Assembly (NCBI GenBank): GCA_963663165.1 | Contig: OY760175.1 | Coordinates: forward strand, 5,408,001-5,472,000 | Direction of reading: 5' to 3' | DNA from: an uncultured Desulfospira sp. | Lineage (GTDB): Bacteria; Desulfobacterota; Desulfobacteria; Desulfobacterales; Desulfobacteraceae | DNA: 64,000 nt | Made by a program: the position numbers and the translations under genes | In this document: positions 1 to 9,769 of the stretch, piece by piece | Layout of the letters: each line of letters starts with the position of its first letter | Numbering within the stretch: the first letter of the stretch is position 1 | Notes under the pieces: generated by a model | The model's input: only the letters and a program-made list of their open reading frames with translations | Databases searched by the model: none | What the model was told of the DNA's origin: nothing

Positions 1-72
1 ATTCCGACTAGACTTTTTGTCAATAATTTCATATAGTTAGAGACCAAACCCGCCAAGGAGGTCTCTAACTAT

Positions 73-1332
73 ATGTGGGAAACAGATACAGAATCCGCAA
101 TCCGAAACCATAGAACCATATGTGTGCCTTTTTCTCAAGATGATTATAATGACAACATTCAAAATCCTGACAAATTTCGGAACTGTCTCAATGAAAGGAT
201 TGAGCTTTTCCCGGAACTATTTCCAGCTGAAATTTCCAGAGAAGGATATCGAATGAAAGATATCTATCACTCAAAAAAAATGTTGATCCCTATTCGGCGA
301 ATCGAGATGTCCGGCATTGCTTACACAGTCCGCCCTTCCTTTGTGACACCCTATCTCACCGGCTTGGTCGATGAGGTTGAAAAAGCTCTTTTTATGCGAA
401 AATTTAATGTGCCCTTCTGGGCACTGAGCCACATTTTCGGTAAGGATCCAATGTATTGGTACCGGATTGAGCAGTCACTTGGTCGCAATAGTATCGTTGG
501 AACAACCATCCGACAACCGGAAGACATCCCGCAACATCTTGCGGCGGATGAGAAGCATACCCGGATTCTGGGAGAAAAAACTTATGTGGCAACAACTGTT
601 GGAAATGGCTGCATTCTTGGAGCGTCTGTTGCTCAAAATGCTGGAAAACAAGCCTTGACTGGAGCTTATCAATTTTACCGGGATGAAGCCCAATGCCTTC
701 GGCCTGAATATTCTCCGGAGACCGTCAATATAGACGGATGGAAAGCTACCCGGCAGGCATGGAAAAGCCTTTTTCCATCGGTAGCCATCGTTTGTTGTTT
801 TTTGCATGTATTCATAAAAATTCGTGATAGGGCAAAGAAGAAATACAGAGACATTTTTGATGAAACAGCATCAAAACTATGGGATTGTTATCGGGCTGAA
901 AGCAAAATATCATTTTCACAGCGAATCAGGAGGTTGATCGAATGGTGCAAAAAGCAAGATGCTCCGAATGTTATATCAGACCCCATAAACAAATTACGGA
1001 AAAATATTGTTTCATACAGAAACGCCTATGATCATCCCAAGGCACACAGAACGAGCAACATGGTTGACAGATTGATGCAAAGAATGGATCGCCATCTGTT
1101 CAGCACTCAATATTTTCATGGAGTAATGGATGCAGCGCAACTGAGCATTCGAGGATGGACACTCATTCATAATTTTGCTCCTTACAACCCGGAAACCGTC
1201 AAAAGGCATAACGGATTCAAAAGCCCAGCTGAAAGGCTGAATCAATTTAGATATCACGACAACTGGTTGCATAACCTTTACATTTCGGCTTCTTTGGGTG
1301 GGTACCGAAGCCCTCCCCAAAATCCGATATAA
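73..1332 (+). mobile_element. DDE-type transposase (C/DxxH-motif class), apparently inserted into an IS4-family element
   Basis: 419-aa ORF with ADEKH, NIDGW, CCFLH and TSNMVDRLM motifs. Immediately followed by the 3' part of another transposase. Confidence 0.75.
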
Positions 1333-1335
1333 TCA

Positions 1336-1630
1336 GAAAATTTTTTCAAATGGTGGAAAGAGCATTTAAAGGTGTACCATTTGATTGCCCGCAGTGAATA
1401 TGGGCTTATGGTTCAAATCCTTGCAGGCCTTATCACTTATCTCCTGCTGGCAATCTACTGCCGGGAACAGTTTAACGAGAAAGTCTCCATCAAAAGAGTC
1501 CGGCAGTTGCGTACTGCAATTCTTAATGACCTTTTCACCGGCCACAATGGACCACCGGATTCAGACAGGGACAGTATTGTCAAAGAACAAAAAAAATTAT
1601 CACAAGCAAAAACCTAACCGGACATTACTG
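1336..1630 (+). pseudogene. IS4-family transposase C-terminal fragment and right end
   Basis: Frame from 1336 reads ENFFKWWKEHLKVYHLIARSEYGLMVQILAGLITYLL, an IS4-like post-catalytic segment. Stop at 1617, followed by the end-like sequence aaccggacattactg. Confidence 0.75.
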
Positions 1631-2021
1631 GATGTAAGTGACACATTATTTCAAAATCGAACTAATTTATAAAAAGGTATATTATAGAAGCCGCATATCA
1701 ATTTCGCAATCAGGTGTCAACCCAATAAAATGTTAGTAATGAAAAAAATAATATTTCCAATATTGGTCTTCATAATAAAGCTCCAGTTGAAAGAAGGACA
1801 ACATTAGGCTCAAATCTATTTATTAATTGTAACTCAATGTCATTAACTTAACGAAGCGGTTTATAACAGCAGTGGAAACGGCCGCTTCGATTAGGGTGCA
1901 ATCCCATTTAGTGGCATGAACTGACATGTATCCAATTTTTCCGTTTTTCATGCTGCATTGAATACTCTGCCCTCCCAAAAAAAGCTGGACTCCTGGCTCA
2001 TGAAAGGTTATATAGATTTGC

Positions 2022-2894
2022 ATGAGCAGGACTTTAACCATTCAAGGACGTGAATTTTCAGAAGTTGATATACAAACGATACGCCATTTGATTAACGACA
2101 ATCCCGCCTGGCACCGCACTCGTTTATCCAAAGAATTGTGTGCTCGCTGGGATTGGCGCACGGAAAAAGGTCTGCTCAAGGACATGGCCTGTCGAAGCAT
2201 GCTGAGAAAACTTGAGCAAAAAGGGATGGTCACACTTCCCGTTGCCCGTCATAGCGGTAACCGTCAGCGGCGTATTCCCGATGTCCCCCATGATTGTAAG
2301 CCGATAGAAACCACTTTGCGTAAGATCCGCCCGATACAATTGATACCGGTATCGGGCCGTGGAGATATTGATGATTTATTCCATTGCCTTATGGATCGAC
2401 ATCATTACCTTGGGTGTAAAGGGTATGTCGGAGAACATATGAAGTATATGGCTTTTGATCGCAATTCTCGTCCGGTTGCCTGCCTGCTTTTTGGCTCAGC
2501 AGCATGGAAAACGGCCCCTCGTGACCGATTCATCGGTTGGGATAGGTCGGCTCGTCGCAGGAACCTGCATATGACGACCAACAATACCCGATTTTTGATT
2601 TTGCCATGGATTCGAATTCCCCATCTTGCCAGTCATATTCTGGGTTCATGTCTTAGGCGGCTGAGCCGGGACTGGACAGCTAAATATGGTCACGATATCT
2701 GTCTGGTAGAAACTTTCGTGGATCGATCACGCTTTGCCGGAACTTGCTACCAGGCGGCAAATTGGCAAAAAATTGGTCAAAGCAAAGGGCGAAGCCGTCA
2801 AGACAGGCACCACAGACTTCAGGTGCCGATAAAAGACATCTATGTATACCCGTTGACTTCCAATTATAAAAAGCAGCTATGCACACAAACTTGA
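2022..2894 (+). CDS. DUF4338-family protein (IS passenger/accessory)
   Basis: HHYLG, RDRFIGW, NNTRFLILPW, HLASHIL, LVETFVD, GTCYQAANW motifs. Lies inside the IS inverted repeats. Confidence 0.8.
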   Translation: MSRTLTIQGREFSEVDIQTIRHLINDNPAWHRTRLSKELCARWDWRTEKGLLKDMACRSMLRKLEQKGMVTLPVARHSGNRQRRIPDVPHDCKPIETTLRKIRPIQLIPVSGRGDIDDLFHCLMDRHHYLGCKGYVGEHMKYMAFDRNSRPVACLLFGSAAWKTAPRDRFIGWDRSARRRNLHMTTNNTRFLILPWIRIPHLASHILGSCLRRLSRDWTAKYGHDICLVETFVDRSRFAGTCYQAANWQKIGQSKGRSRQDRHHRLQVPIKDIYVYPLTSNYKKQLCTQT

Positions 2895-2951
2895 GGGTTT
2901 CAGTCATCGAAATGACAGGTAATTTTTCAACCTGCAATTCGAGGACTGATC

Positions 2952-4352
2952 ATGAAACTTGCTTCCACTATAAGGGATATTCGAACCCTTCTAACAAAAG
3001 CCGTAGCTGATTTCCAAAACCATCAAAATGCTAATATCCTGTGTGAGCAGGTACGGAACGGCCTCTTCATTATTGTGGAAGCATTTCTGATTCCCGTCAT
3101 TGAAAAGGCACTGTCTGACCCGGATCTTTTATCTGAACTGAAAATTGGTGCCGGTAAAAAGGGACTGCGTTTCAACGGATACCGCCCCAGCAGCATTCGA
3201 TTATTGACAGGAACTACCCTGAGCATCCGATCCCCTTACTTTTCAAAAGTTGTTTCCAAACAACGGCCAGGCCCTAAAACAAAAAAACGACAAAAGGGGA
3301 CAGGCCGCCATTTTGGGCTTGATTACCTTGGTTTTATCGGCAGGTGTTCAACGCTGTTCGCTTCGTCGGTGGTCCATGCAGCATTGCTCTGTCCCTCTTT
3401 TGAAATTGCCCGAAGATCCCTGGAAAACCATGCAATCAACTTAAATGTCAAAACCATACGCCGCATAACAATGAATCTTGCACAGGAAGCTATGCCCCTG
3501 CGTGGCCGGGTATCTTTTGGAGATACTGATCGCGTTGGTGGCAAAACGGTTCTGGTTTGTATCGACGGCGGTCGCCTTCGAGAACGGAGGCCAAAACGGG
3601 GACGTAAATCAAAAGGCCAAAAGCGGCAGGGATATCATACTGAATGGAAAGAACCCATTCAGTTTGTCATACATATTGTCGATCCGGACGGCACAATATC
3701 CAAAAAACACTTGCCGGTTTATGATGCCACAATGGGCGGTATTGATGCCGCTTTTGATATTCTTGAGATCTACTTGCGTGAATTAGATATTCCCAAAGCC
3801 AAGCGTGTTGTTTTCTGCTGTGACGGTGCACGTAGCTATTGGAAGCGAACAGGCCCGCTGGCCAAACGGCTTGAAATCGAATCCTATTATGAGGTAATCG
3901 ACTACACCCATGCAAAACAGAATTTACATGAAATCGTGGACAAATTGCCAAAGAGAATCCCTATAAAAGAAAGAAACCGGATAGCAGAATCTTGGAAGAA
4001 CCTCCTTTGGGATGGCAGATTCAAAGACCTTAGAAAAGAAATTGTAAAACACATTACGTACCCTAAAAGGCGCATAGAAGCACTATCCAAATTTAAAAGT
4101 TACTTCGTGAAAAATCGAAACAGAATGCAGTATCGCCAGTTCCGCAGCCTGAAAATACCTACTGGCAGCGGCTGTGTTGAAAGTGCAATACGTCGGGTTA
4201 TAAATCTCAGAATGAAATCACCGGGTATATTCTGGAAACCGGAAACATCCGAATCAATGTTGTTCTTAAGGAGTCAGCTCCTTTCCGGGAGGTGGAACAT
4301 CTTGACTGACAATATCTTCATACAAATTCGGTCACTTTGCTTAGGCCACTAA
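2952..4352 (+). CDS. Transposase (ISKra4/ISLre2-like DDE)
   Basis: CIDGG, CCDGARSYW, IDYTHA and GSGCVESAIRRVINLRMK motifs. Stop codon lies in the right inverted repeat. Confidence 0.85.
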   Translation: MKLASTIRDIRTLLTKAVADFQNHQNANILCEQVRNGLFIIVEAFLIPVIEKALSDPDLLSELKIGAGKKGLRFNGYRPSSIRLLTGTTLSIRSPYFSKVVSKQRPGPKTKKRQKGTGRHFGLDYLGFIGRCSTLFASSVVHAALLCPSFEIARRSLENHAINLNVKTIRRITMNLAQEAMPLRGRVSFGDTDRVGGKTVLVCIDGGRLRERRPKRGRKSKGQKRQGYHTEWKEPIQFVIHIVDPDGTISKKHLPVYDATMGGIDAAFDILEIYLRELDIPKAKRVVFCCDGARSYWKRTGPLAKRLEIESYYEVIDYTHAKQNLHEIVDKLPKRIPIKERNRIAESWKNLLWDGRFKDLRKEIVKHITYPKRRIEALSKFKSYFVKNRNRMQYRQFRSLKIPTGSGCVESAIRRVINLRMKSPGIFWKPETSESMLFLRSQLLSGRWNILTDNIFIQIRSLCLGH

Positions 4353-4366
4353 ATGGGAATGCACCC

Positions 4367-4664
4367 TTTTCAGGGTAATGTCTTCTTTTTCTACAAACAG
4401 CCGAACAAAAGATTCCTCAACCATTGAGGGGGTGCTTTTGTAAGGCAAGCGGTCCAGGCAGGATAAAATCACCTTGCATTGCTTTTTAAACTCTGGATGG
4501 TTATTTACAAAAAAGTCCAGATCATCTGAATACCGGTGACCAAGGTAGCATCGGCCTAAGGCCGTTCCACCGGTCAAATAAAAATCCGTGTGCAGGAATT
4601 GGATTTTTTCCAGAATTTCATCCTGAAAAGGATACAGTTTATGGGAATAATATTTGTCTGGCAT
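4367..4664 (-). pseudogene. AbiEii-family nucleotidyltransferase, 3'-truncated by the IS
   Basis: FYLTGGTALGRCYLGHRYSDDLDFF signature. The frame runs into the IS end at 4366 after about 100 codons. Confidence 0.8.
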
Positions 4665-4929
4665 ATCTGTATTTATCTATTCGTGCTTTGGGGAACAAGT
4701 CGTTTAAAATTTCATCGGACAATGCCTTTTTCAAAGTTTCCTCCGGGAGAAGGGCTCTCAAGGTATACCAGTCAAAGGTAGATAAAAGTTTGATATAAAT
4801 GCTTTTGGAAGAAATATGGGGGATATTGTCCATTTCACCATTGATAAAGGAATTCAGGACGTCCAGGTCAATTTTTTTGTCCCAGAACGCTTTTTTGAGA
4901 ATTTGTTTTCTTTCATCAGTCGTATACAT
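4639..4929 (-). CDS. Small protein coupled to the AbiEii-like gene (putative partner/antitoxin)
   Basis: 96-aa ORF overlapping the nucleotidyltransferase start. Function inferred from position only. Confidence 0.55.
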   Translation of the reverse strand: MYTTDERKQILKKAFWDKKIDLDVLNSFINGEMDNIPHISSKSIYIKLLSTFDWYTLRALLPEETLKKALSDEILNDLFPKARIDKYRYARQILFP

Positions 4930-5030
4930 TTTAAATATCCATCCTTATCATTCTCAAACTATACCAGATGGTGTTCCCGGTTGACAAGCTTCCTGAAAGG
5001 TGTGGAAAAATTAAAATCCAAAAGCCATCC

Positions 5031-5114
5031 GTCTCAATCCTCTCTAATCGAGGCAACGGTTCTGGCAAAGAACAGCTGGCCTTTATTCGAGATGGTTATC
5101 AAGTCTCAATCCTC
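5031..5114 (-). CRISPR. Relic mini-array: one variant repeat, one 36-bp spacer and a 12-bp partial repeat
   Basis: GTCTCAATCCTCTCTAATCGAGGCAACGGTTCTGGC (5031-5066), spacer 5067-5102, gtctcaatcctc (5103-5114). Confidence 0.85.
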
Positions 5115-5583
5115 CCTGCCGGGTGTAAACCGTTTGGGCCTGGTGGCTAACGGATTCCAGGGTAAAGCCGGCCCGTCTGCCCGCTACCTTTTTGCCCAGG
5201 CCGATCTTGCCCATCTGGTCAAAGGCATAGATGAAATAGGGCAGGTTTTTATTCAAAGAACCAAAAAGGATCAGGCCGCAGTTTAAAAATTCTCCGGCTG
5301 CGAAATCGGTTTTTGGGGTTAGGGGCGGTTCCAGGACCATGGGATGGGGCGGGTCTGAGATTCGTTTGTTTTCCGGGACGGGCAGGGCATGGGCGGTTTC
5401 AAAGACCAGGGCATAGGTGCAGTTCGACCTTAAAATGCAGGCGCGGCAATCGTGGTTTTTTAAGGCACAGACCGTTCTCTTAAGCGCATGGCCGAACAGC
5501 CCCCTGAAGGTGGCGCCTTTATACCGGGGCAAAAAAGCATCCCGGCCAAGTTTGATTTGAAAGGTGTATTTTCCGTATTCCAT
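5083..5583 (-). pseudogene. cas6: Cas6 N-terminal half, truncated where it meets the partial CRISPR repeat
   Basis: LPRYKGATFRGLFGHALK, C-rich CxxC..C segment, PPHPMVLEPP, GKIGLGK. Only 166 aa, with no C-terminal Gly-rich loop. The last codons are repeat/spacer DNA. Confidence 0.8.
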
Positions 5584-5630
5584 AAGATAAAGGTTCCCGT
5601 TTAAAAAGGGTTGGTTTCTCTTTTTCACTA

Positions 5631-5660
5631 TACAGAATTCGGCGGATTGGTTTTAAAAAA
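5631..5660 (-). promoter_or_regulatory. Putative ECF-sigma promoter upstream of cas6 (1 mismatch in -10)
   Basis: ttttttaaaaccaatccgccgaattctgta on the - strand, 48 nt before the ATG. Confidence 0.5.
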
Positions 5661-5894
5661 AGTTTCAATCCGGATTGTGCAAAACAGAACTGCTTGAGGT
5701 CAATAAAAAAAGCAGAAGCAAATTTATTTTGATAGACCACTTTTCGCTTGGCATGTCAACAATTTATGGGAACAAATAAGCTTGGTTTCCTAACCCGGAT
5801 ATTTCACGAAGTTTCTTTGCCTCATATGCAAGGCACAGGCCGGAAAGCCAATAAAACAGACGGTCCCGATCGTTAACTGGTTTTGGGCGGCGAT

Positions 5895-6731
5895 TTATTT
5901 CATGCCGGTAAGTGTAATGCCCTCGACAAATTTGCGTTGAGCAATCAGGAATATTAAGACCAGGGGGGCTGTTATGATTGCCATTGCGGCCATTAGGGCG
6001 CCATAGTCGTTCCCAGCCTCCTCGTTGATGAACAGGATCGCACCAAGGGGCGGGGTGGCCAGCTTTTCTGAATGAATTACAATCAAAGGCCAGAATAAAT
6101 CATTCCAGTGGGAGACCAGCGAGAAAATTCCAAATGCAGCAACCGCTGGATACGCTGCCGGCAGCATGATGCGCCAGATGATGCTGAACTCGCTTAGACC
6201 GTCAATGCGCGCTGCATATATAAGATCATCGGAAACCGTCCGAAAGAACTGCCGCATAAGAAAAATACCGAAGACCGAAATGGTAAAAGGCGCAATCAGT
6301 GCCGCATAAGTATCCAGAATTCCGGCTTTGTAGCAAAGAATATATCTCGGGATGGCAAGAACCTGGGGCGGTACAAGCAGCCCGATCAGTACCATGGCAA
6401 ACAATGCTTTTTTACCCGGAAAATTTAATTTTGCCAGGGCATAAGCACAGGGAAGGGCAAACAGAACCTGGAAAAAAAAGATACCCGCACACACAATGAC
6501 CCCGTTTGCAATATAGCGAAGCAATGGAGATTCAGTCAGGGCCATTGAATAATTGCGCCAGACAGCCCAGCTGTTTGGCAGAATATGAAATTGAGGACTG
6601 AATAGTTCCTCGGGCGGCCTGAAAGAAATAAGGACGGCCCAGATAAAGGGCGCAAGTGCGATGAATGCACCGGCTATGAGCAGGCAATGCCTGACAGCAG
6701 ACCATACAAATTGTCTTTTTAAATGTTTCAT
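5895..6731 (-). CDS. Carbohydrate/glycerol-phosphate ABC transporter permease (UgpE/MalG-like)
   Basis: Hydrophobic TM segments, AARIDG EAA loop, WNDLFWPLIV. Confidence 0.9.
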   Translation of the reverse strand: MKHLKRQFVWSAVRHCLLIAGAFIALAPFIWAVLISFRPPEELFSPQFHILPNSWAVWRNYSMALTESPLLRYIANGVIVCAGIFFFQVLFALPCAYALAKLNFPGKKALFAMVLIGLLVPPQVLAIPRYILCYKAGILDTYAALIAPFTISVFGIFLMRQFFRTVSDDLIYAARIDGLSEFSIIWRIMLPAAYPAVAAFGIFSLVSHWNDLFWPLIVIHSEKLATPPLGAILFINEEAGNDYGALMAAMAIITAPLVLIFLIAQRKFVEGITLTGMK

Positions 6732-7678
6732 GAATAGTGTATCCGTTTATCCATGAACCATACCTGCAAAAGTGTGAGCGTCAGGATAATTGCCAAATAA
6801 ACAATTGCCAGTGAAGCGGCATGTCCGGTGCGGAAAAAGACAAAGGCCTCATTATAAATTGTGTAGAGCATTACCTCAGACGCCTTGTTCGGTCCCCCCC
6901 TTGTCAGAACGGCAACCGTATCAAAGACCTGAAAGGCCCGGATAGCCGTAATCACCAGAACAAACATGAAAGTGGGGCCAAGAAGGGGCCAGGTGACCAT
7001 GTGAAACTTATCCCAGGCATTGTCTGCACCGTCCACCTGGGCGGCCTCATACAGGTCGCCGGGAATGGATGCAAGCCCGGCAAGAAAAAGAACCATATTA
7101 AAGCCAAATGCCTGCCAGATACCAATGACACACAAAGTGCCCAGAACAGTGGTTTCATTTTGCAGCCAGCTTTTGGAGAGATCCGGCCCCAGGAGCCTGA
7201 TGGCATGATTTAAAAGGCCGATCTGGGGGTGGAGAACCATCTGCCAGGCCACTGCCATGGCTGCCATTGTGGCCATGACCGGCAGAAAATAGGCGGCTTT
7301 ATAAAATGATTTAAGACAGGTGCACGACTCAATCATGATGGCGGCAACAAGACCCATAACCACTGATATGGGAACAACAACGGCCACATAAATGGTCGTG
7401 TTTACCAAAGATTTCAAAAAGACCGGGTCATTGAACAAAACCTGAAAATTATCCAGGCCGACAAAGGAAAACGTGCCGGCACCAAATTCCCAGTCGGTAA
7501 CGCATATGATGATTACCGCCGCTACCGGGCCGATAATCATAAGAAAGATCAGCAACACGGCAGGGGCTGACAGGATATAGGCCGTCAGGGCCTCCATGTT
7601 GCCGTTCAGTCCTCGGGGATTTTTCGGAACAACGCTGTCAGCGGTCATGGTATGTGATATTGGGGGTTTCTCAACCAT
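6728..7678 (-). CDS. ABC transporter permease (UgpA/MalF-like)
   Basis: FVGLDNF, LYEAAQVDGA, TRGGP motifs. Start placed at the ATG overlapping the upstream stop. Confidence 0.9.
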   Translation of the reverse strand: MVEKPPISHTMTADSVVPKNPRGLNGNMEALTAYILSAPAVLLIFLMIIGPVAAVIIICVTDWEFGAGTFSFVGLDNFQVLFNDPVFLKSLVNTTIYVAVVVPISVVMGLVAAIMIESCTCLKSFYKAAYFLPVMATMAAMAVAWQMVLHPQIGLLNHAIRLLGPDLSKSWLQNETTVLGTLCVIGIWQAFGFNMVLFLAGLASIPGDLYEAAQVDGADNAWDKFHMVTWPLLGPTFMFVLVITAIRAFQVFDTVAVLTRGGPNKASEVMLYTIYNEAFVFFRTGHAASLAIVYLAIILTLTLLQVWFMDKRIHYS

Positions 7679-8840
7679 AGGCCGGTTCGCATTTTCTGGA
7701 TAAAGGCCGGGCATTAATCCGTTTTCCCTGTTCATTGAATACAAGCAGGCGGCGTAACGGCAGCTTGAGCCACACCTTTGATCCGGTCGGCACATCGCTG
7801 CCGGCCAGAGGATCAAGCCGGACGGTTACCTTTTGTTCGCAGTTGTTGATCCTGACATAGGCGAGCACCTCGGATCCCAGGTTTTCTCGAAAAATTACGG
7901 TTCCGGGAATACCTTGCTTTTGGCTATTGGTAAAAAGATTTACCGCCTCGGGGCGGGCGGCGACAATCACTTTGGTACCCGGAGAAAGCCCTGTCTCCAC
8001 CGGGATGAAATGATTAAAAACGTCTAGTCCGCCCATGGCGGATACGAGGGCCGGAAGCGTGTTGATTCCAGGGCTGCCTATGAATTCAGCCACACGCAGG
8101 TCAACCGGCTCGCTGTAGATTTCATCAGGGGATGCCGCCTGAAGAATACGGCCGTTCATCATCACGGCGATCCTGTCGGACATGGTCATGGCCTCGGCCT
8201 GATCGTGGGTGACATAAATAAAAGTCACCCCCAGGCGCTGGTGAAGCTGCACAATCTCCGTTCGCATCTGCACTCTCAATTTGGCATCAAGGTTGGACAA
8301 CGGCTCATCCATTAAAAAGACAACCGGCTGTCGAACCATGGCACGCCCCAATGCGACACGCTGGGCCTGTCCGCCGGACAGTTGCCTGGGTTTCCGGGTT
8401 AAAAGGTGCTCGATGCCCAGCATCCGGGCGGTTTCCATAACATCTTTTTCAATACGGCTTAAAATCCGGCCTGTGCCCGGGAAAAAGCGGCCTATCAGCG
8501 GAAGGCGCTGGTATCTTTTTAAACGGCGCATCTGCAGTGGTACCGCAATATTGTTAAAAACCGTCATGTGAGGATATAGGGCATAGGATTGAAAGACCAT
8601 GGCTGTATTGCGCTCTTTGGGTTTTTTGCCGTCAATACATTCATTCTCAAGATAGATATTGCCACTGGTTTGTTCTTCAAGGCCGGCGATGATGCGCAAA
8701 AGTGTTGTTTTGCCGCAGCCGGAGGGCCCTACAAGACTAATAAATTCTCCTTTACCGATGTCAAGTTCAATATTTTTCAGTATCTGGGAGCTGCCAAAGT
8801 TTTTGCAGATATTCCTGATTAAAACGCCGGGCATATCCAA
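7671..8840 (-). CDS. ABC transporter ATP-binding subunit (UgpC/MalK-like)
   Basis: GPSGCGKT, LSGGQ, LMDEPLSNLD, YVTHDQ and a TOBE-like tail. Confidence 0.95.
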   Translation of the reverse strand: MDMPGVLIRNICKNFGSSQILKNIELDIGKGEFISLVGPSGCGKTTLLRIIAGLEEQTSGNIYLENECIDGKKPKERNTAMVFQSYALYPHMTVFNNIAVPLQMRRLKRYQRLPLIGRFFPGTGRILSRIEKDVMETARMLGIEHLLTRKPRQLSGGQAQRVALGRAMVRQPVVFLMDEPLSNLDAKLRVQMRTEIVQLHQRLGVTFIYVTHDQAEAMTMSDRIAVMMNGRILQAASPDEIYSEPVDLRVAEFIGSPGINTLPALVSAMGGLDVFNHFIPVETGLSPGTKVIVAARPEAVNLFTNSQKQGIPGTVIFRENLGSEVLAYVRINNCEQKVTVRLDPLAGSDVPTGSKVWLKLPLRRLLVFNEQGKRINARPLSRKCEPAYG

Positions 8841-8886
8841 CCCTCATGAGTCCTGACAAAAATCAAAGCCTATGTTTTTCCTGCCG

Positions 8887-9759
8887 TTATTGAGGCTTGG
8901 CATACTCTCCGGTTGCATGCCTCAGATAAACAGCCAGTCCGTTTTTAAGCCAATTGCCGACATCGTGGTTAATCAGTTCCAAAGGTTCATGCCGCTTGTG
9001 GGTTGCTTTTTTGCCTTTGAATAAAAACTCCAGATAACCGACCCGCCGGATGCCGCCATGCCTGGCCCACCAGCTTCCTTCATAGATAAATGCCGTGGAC
9101 GGGCACCAGACCATACGCGTTTTCCCAAGAGAACGGCTGCGGTATTCATGGGTATGGCCTGTGGCCACCAGGTCGACCTGGTACGTTTTGAGCAGTTCAA
9201 TCAGTTTTTCGCGCGGTTCAGGGTACACGCTGTGCTGTCTGATCCCCTGGTCCGAGGGTTTCCACAAATACAACGGTTTATGGAAAAAAAGGGCAATGGC
9301 TTTGCCCTGCTGTTTTCCCTGGCTCAATGTCGATATCAGCCACTCCAACTGTTCTGTTTCCGCCAAAAGCCCGCTTCCGAACAAAAGGCCGTTGAGCCCG
9401 ATAAGCCGCCAGTCCGCTTTATCAAGGCACCAGTAATCCTGCCCGAAATGGTGCAGAAACCGATCGCGCCGCTGGTCGTTAATAATGTGTTCTCCCCTGA
9501 CATCGGGAGGGCAATTGCCCACATCATGATTTCCGGGTACAACCATAACCTGTGTCCGGATACGCTTGAGTTGCTGACTTGCAAATACCAGATCTTCTTC
9601 CATGTCTGCACCGTTAAAGGAGAGATCCCCGGTGCAGACCACAAGGTCAGGGTTCTGTTCATTAATCTTTTCTAAGACAACATCCCAGTTATGAAAAAAG
9701 TACGGTCTTTCACCACTCAGATGAATATCGGAGATCTGAATCAGCCTGAAAGATGACAT
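8887..9759 (-). CDS. Calcineurin-like metallophosphoesterase (CpdA/GpdQ-like)
   Basis: SDIH, TGD, GNHD, HKP and GHTH motifs. Confidence 0.9.
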   Translation of the reverse strand: MSSFRLIQISDIHLSGERPYFFHNWDVVLEKINEQNPDLVVCTGDLSFNGADMEEDLVFASQQLKRIRTQVMVVPGNHDVGNCPPDVRGEHIINDQRRDRFLHHFGQDYWCLDKADWRLIGLNGLLFGSGLLAETEQLEWLISTLSQGKQQGKAIALFFHKPLYLWKPSDQGIRQHSVYPEPREKLIELLKTYQVDLVATGHTHEYRSRSLGKTRMVWCPSTAFIYEGSWWARHGGIRRVGYLEFLFKGKKATHKRHEPLELINHDVGNWLKNGLAVYLRHATGEYAKPQ

Positions 9760-9769
9760 TTTTGTTGCC

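Larger units (their letters stand above)
1894..4366 (+). mobile_element. Two-gene insertion sequence (ISKra4/ISLre2-like) with 22-bp terminal inverted repeats
   Basis: gggtgcaatcccatttagtggc (1894-1915) vs gccactaaatgggaatgcaccc (4345-4366), 1 mismatch. No target duplication is visible. Confidence 0.85.

Noticed and set aside
1872..1894. gtggaaacggccgcttcgattag resembles a repeat half in the opposite orientation at the IS edge
   Set aside because: Only about 16/23 identity, single copy, and no spacer-repeat periodicity.
2022..2894. Druantia DruA defence gene
   Set aside because: The DUF4338-like ORF lies inside IS inverted repeats beside a transposase, and no other Druantia genes are present.
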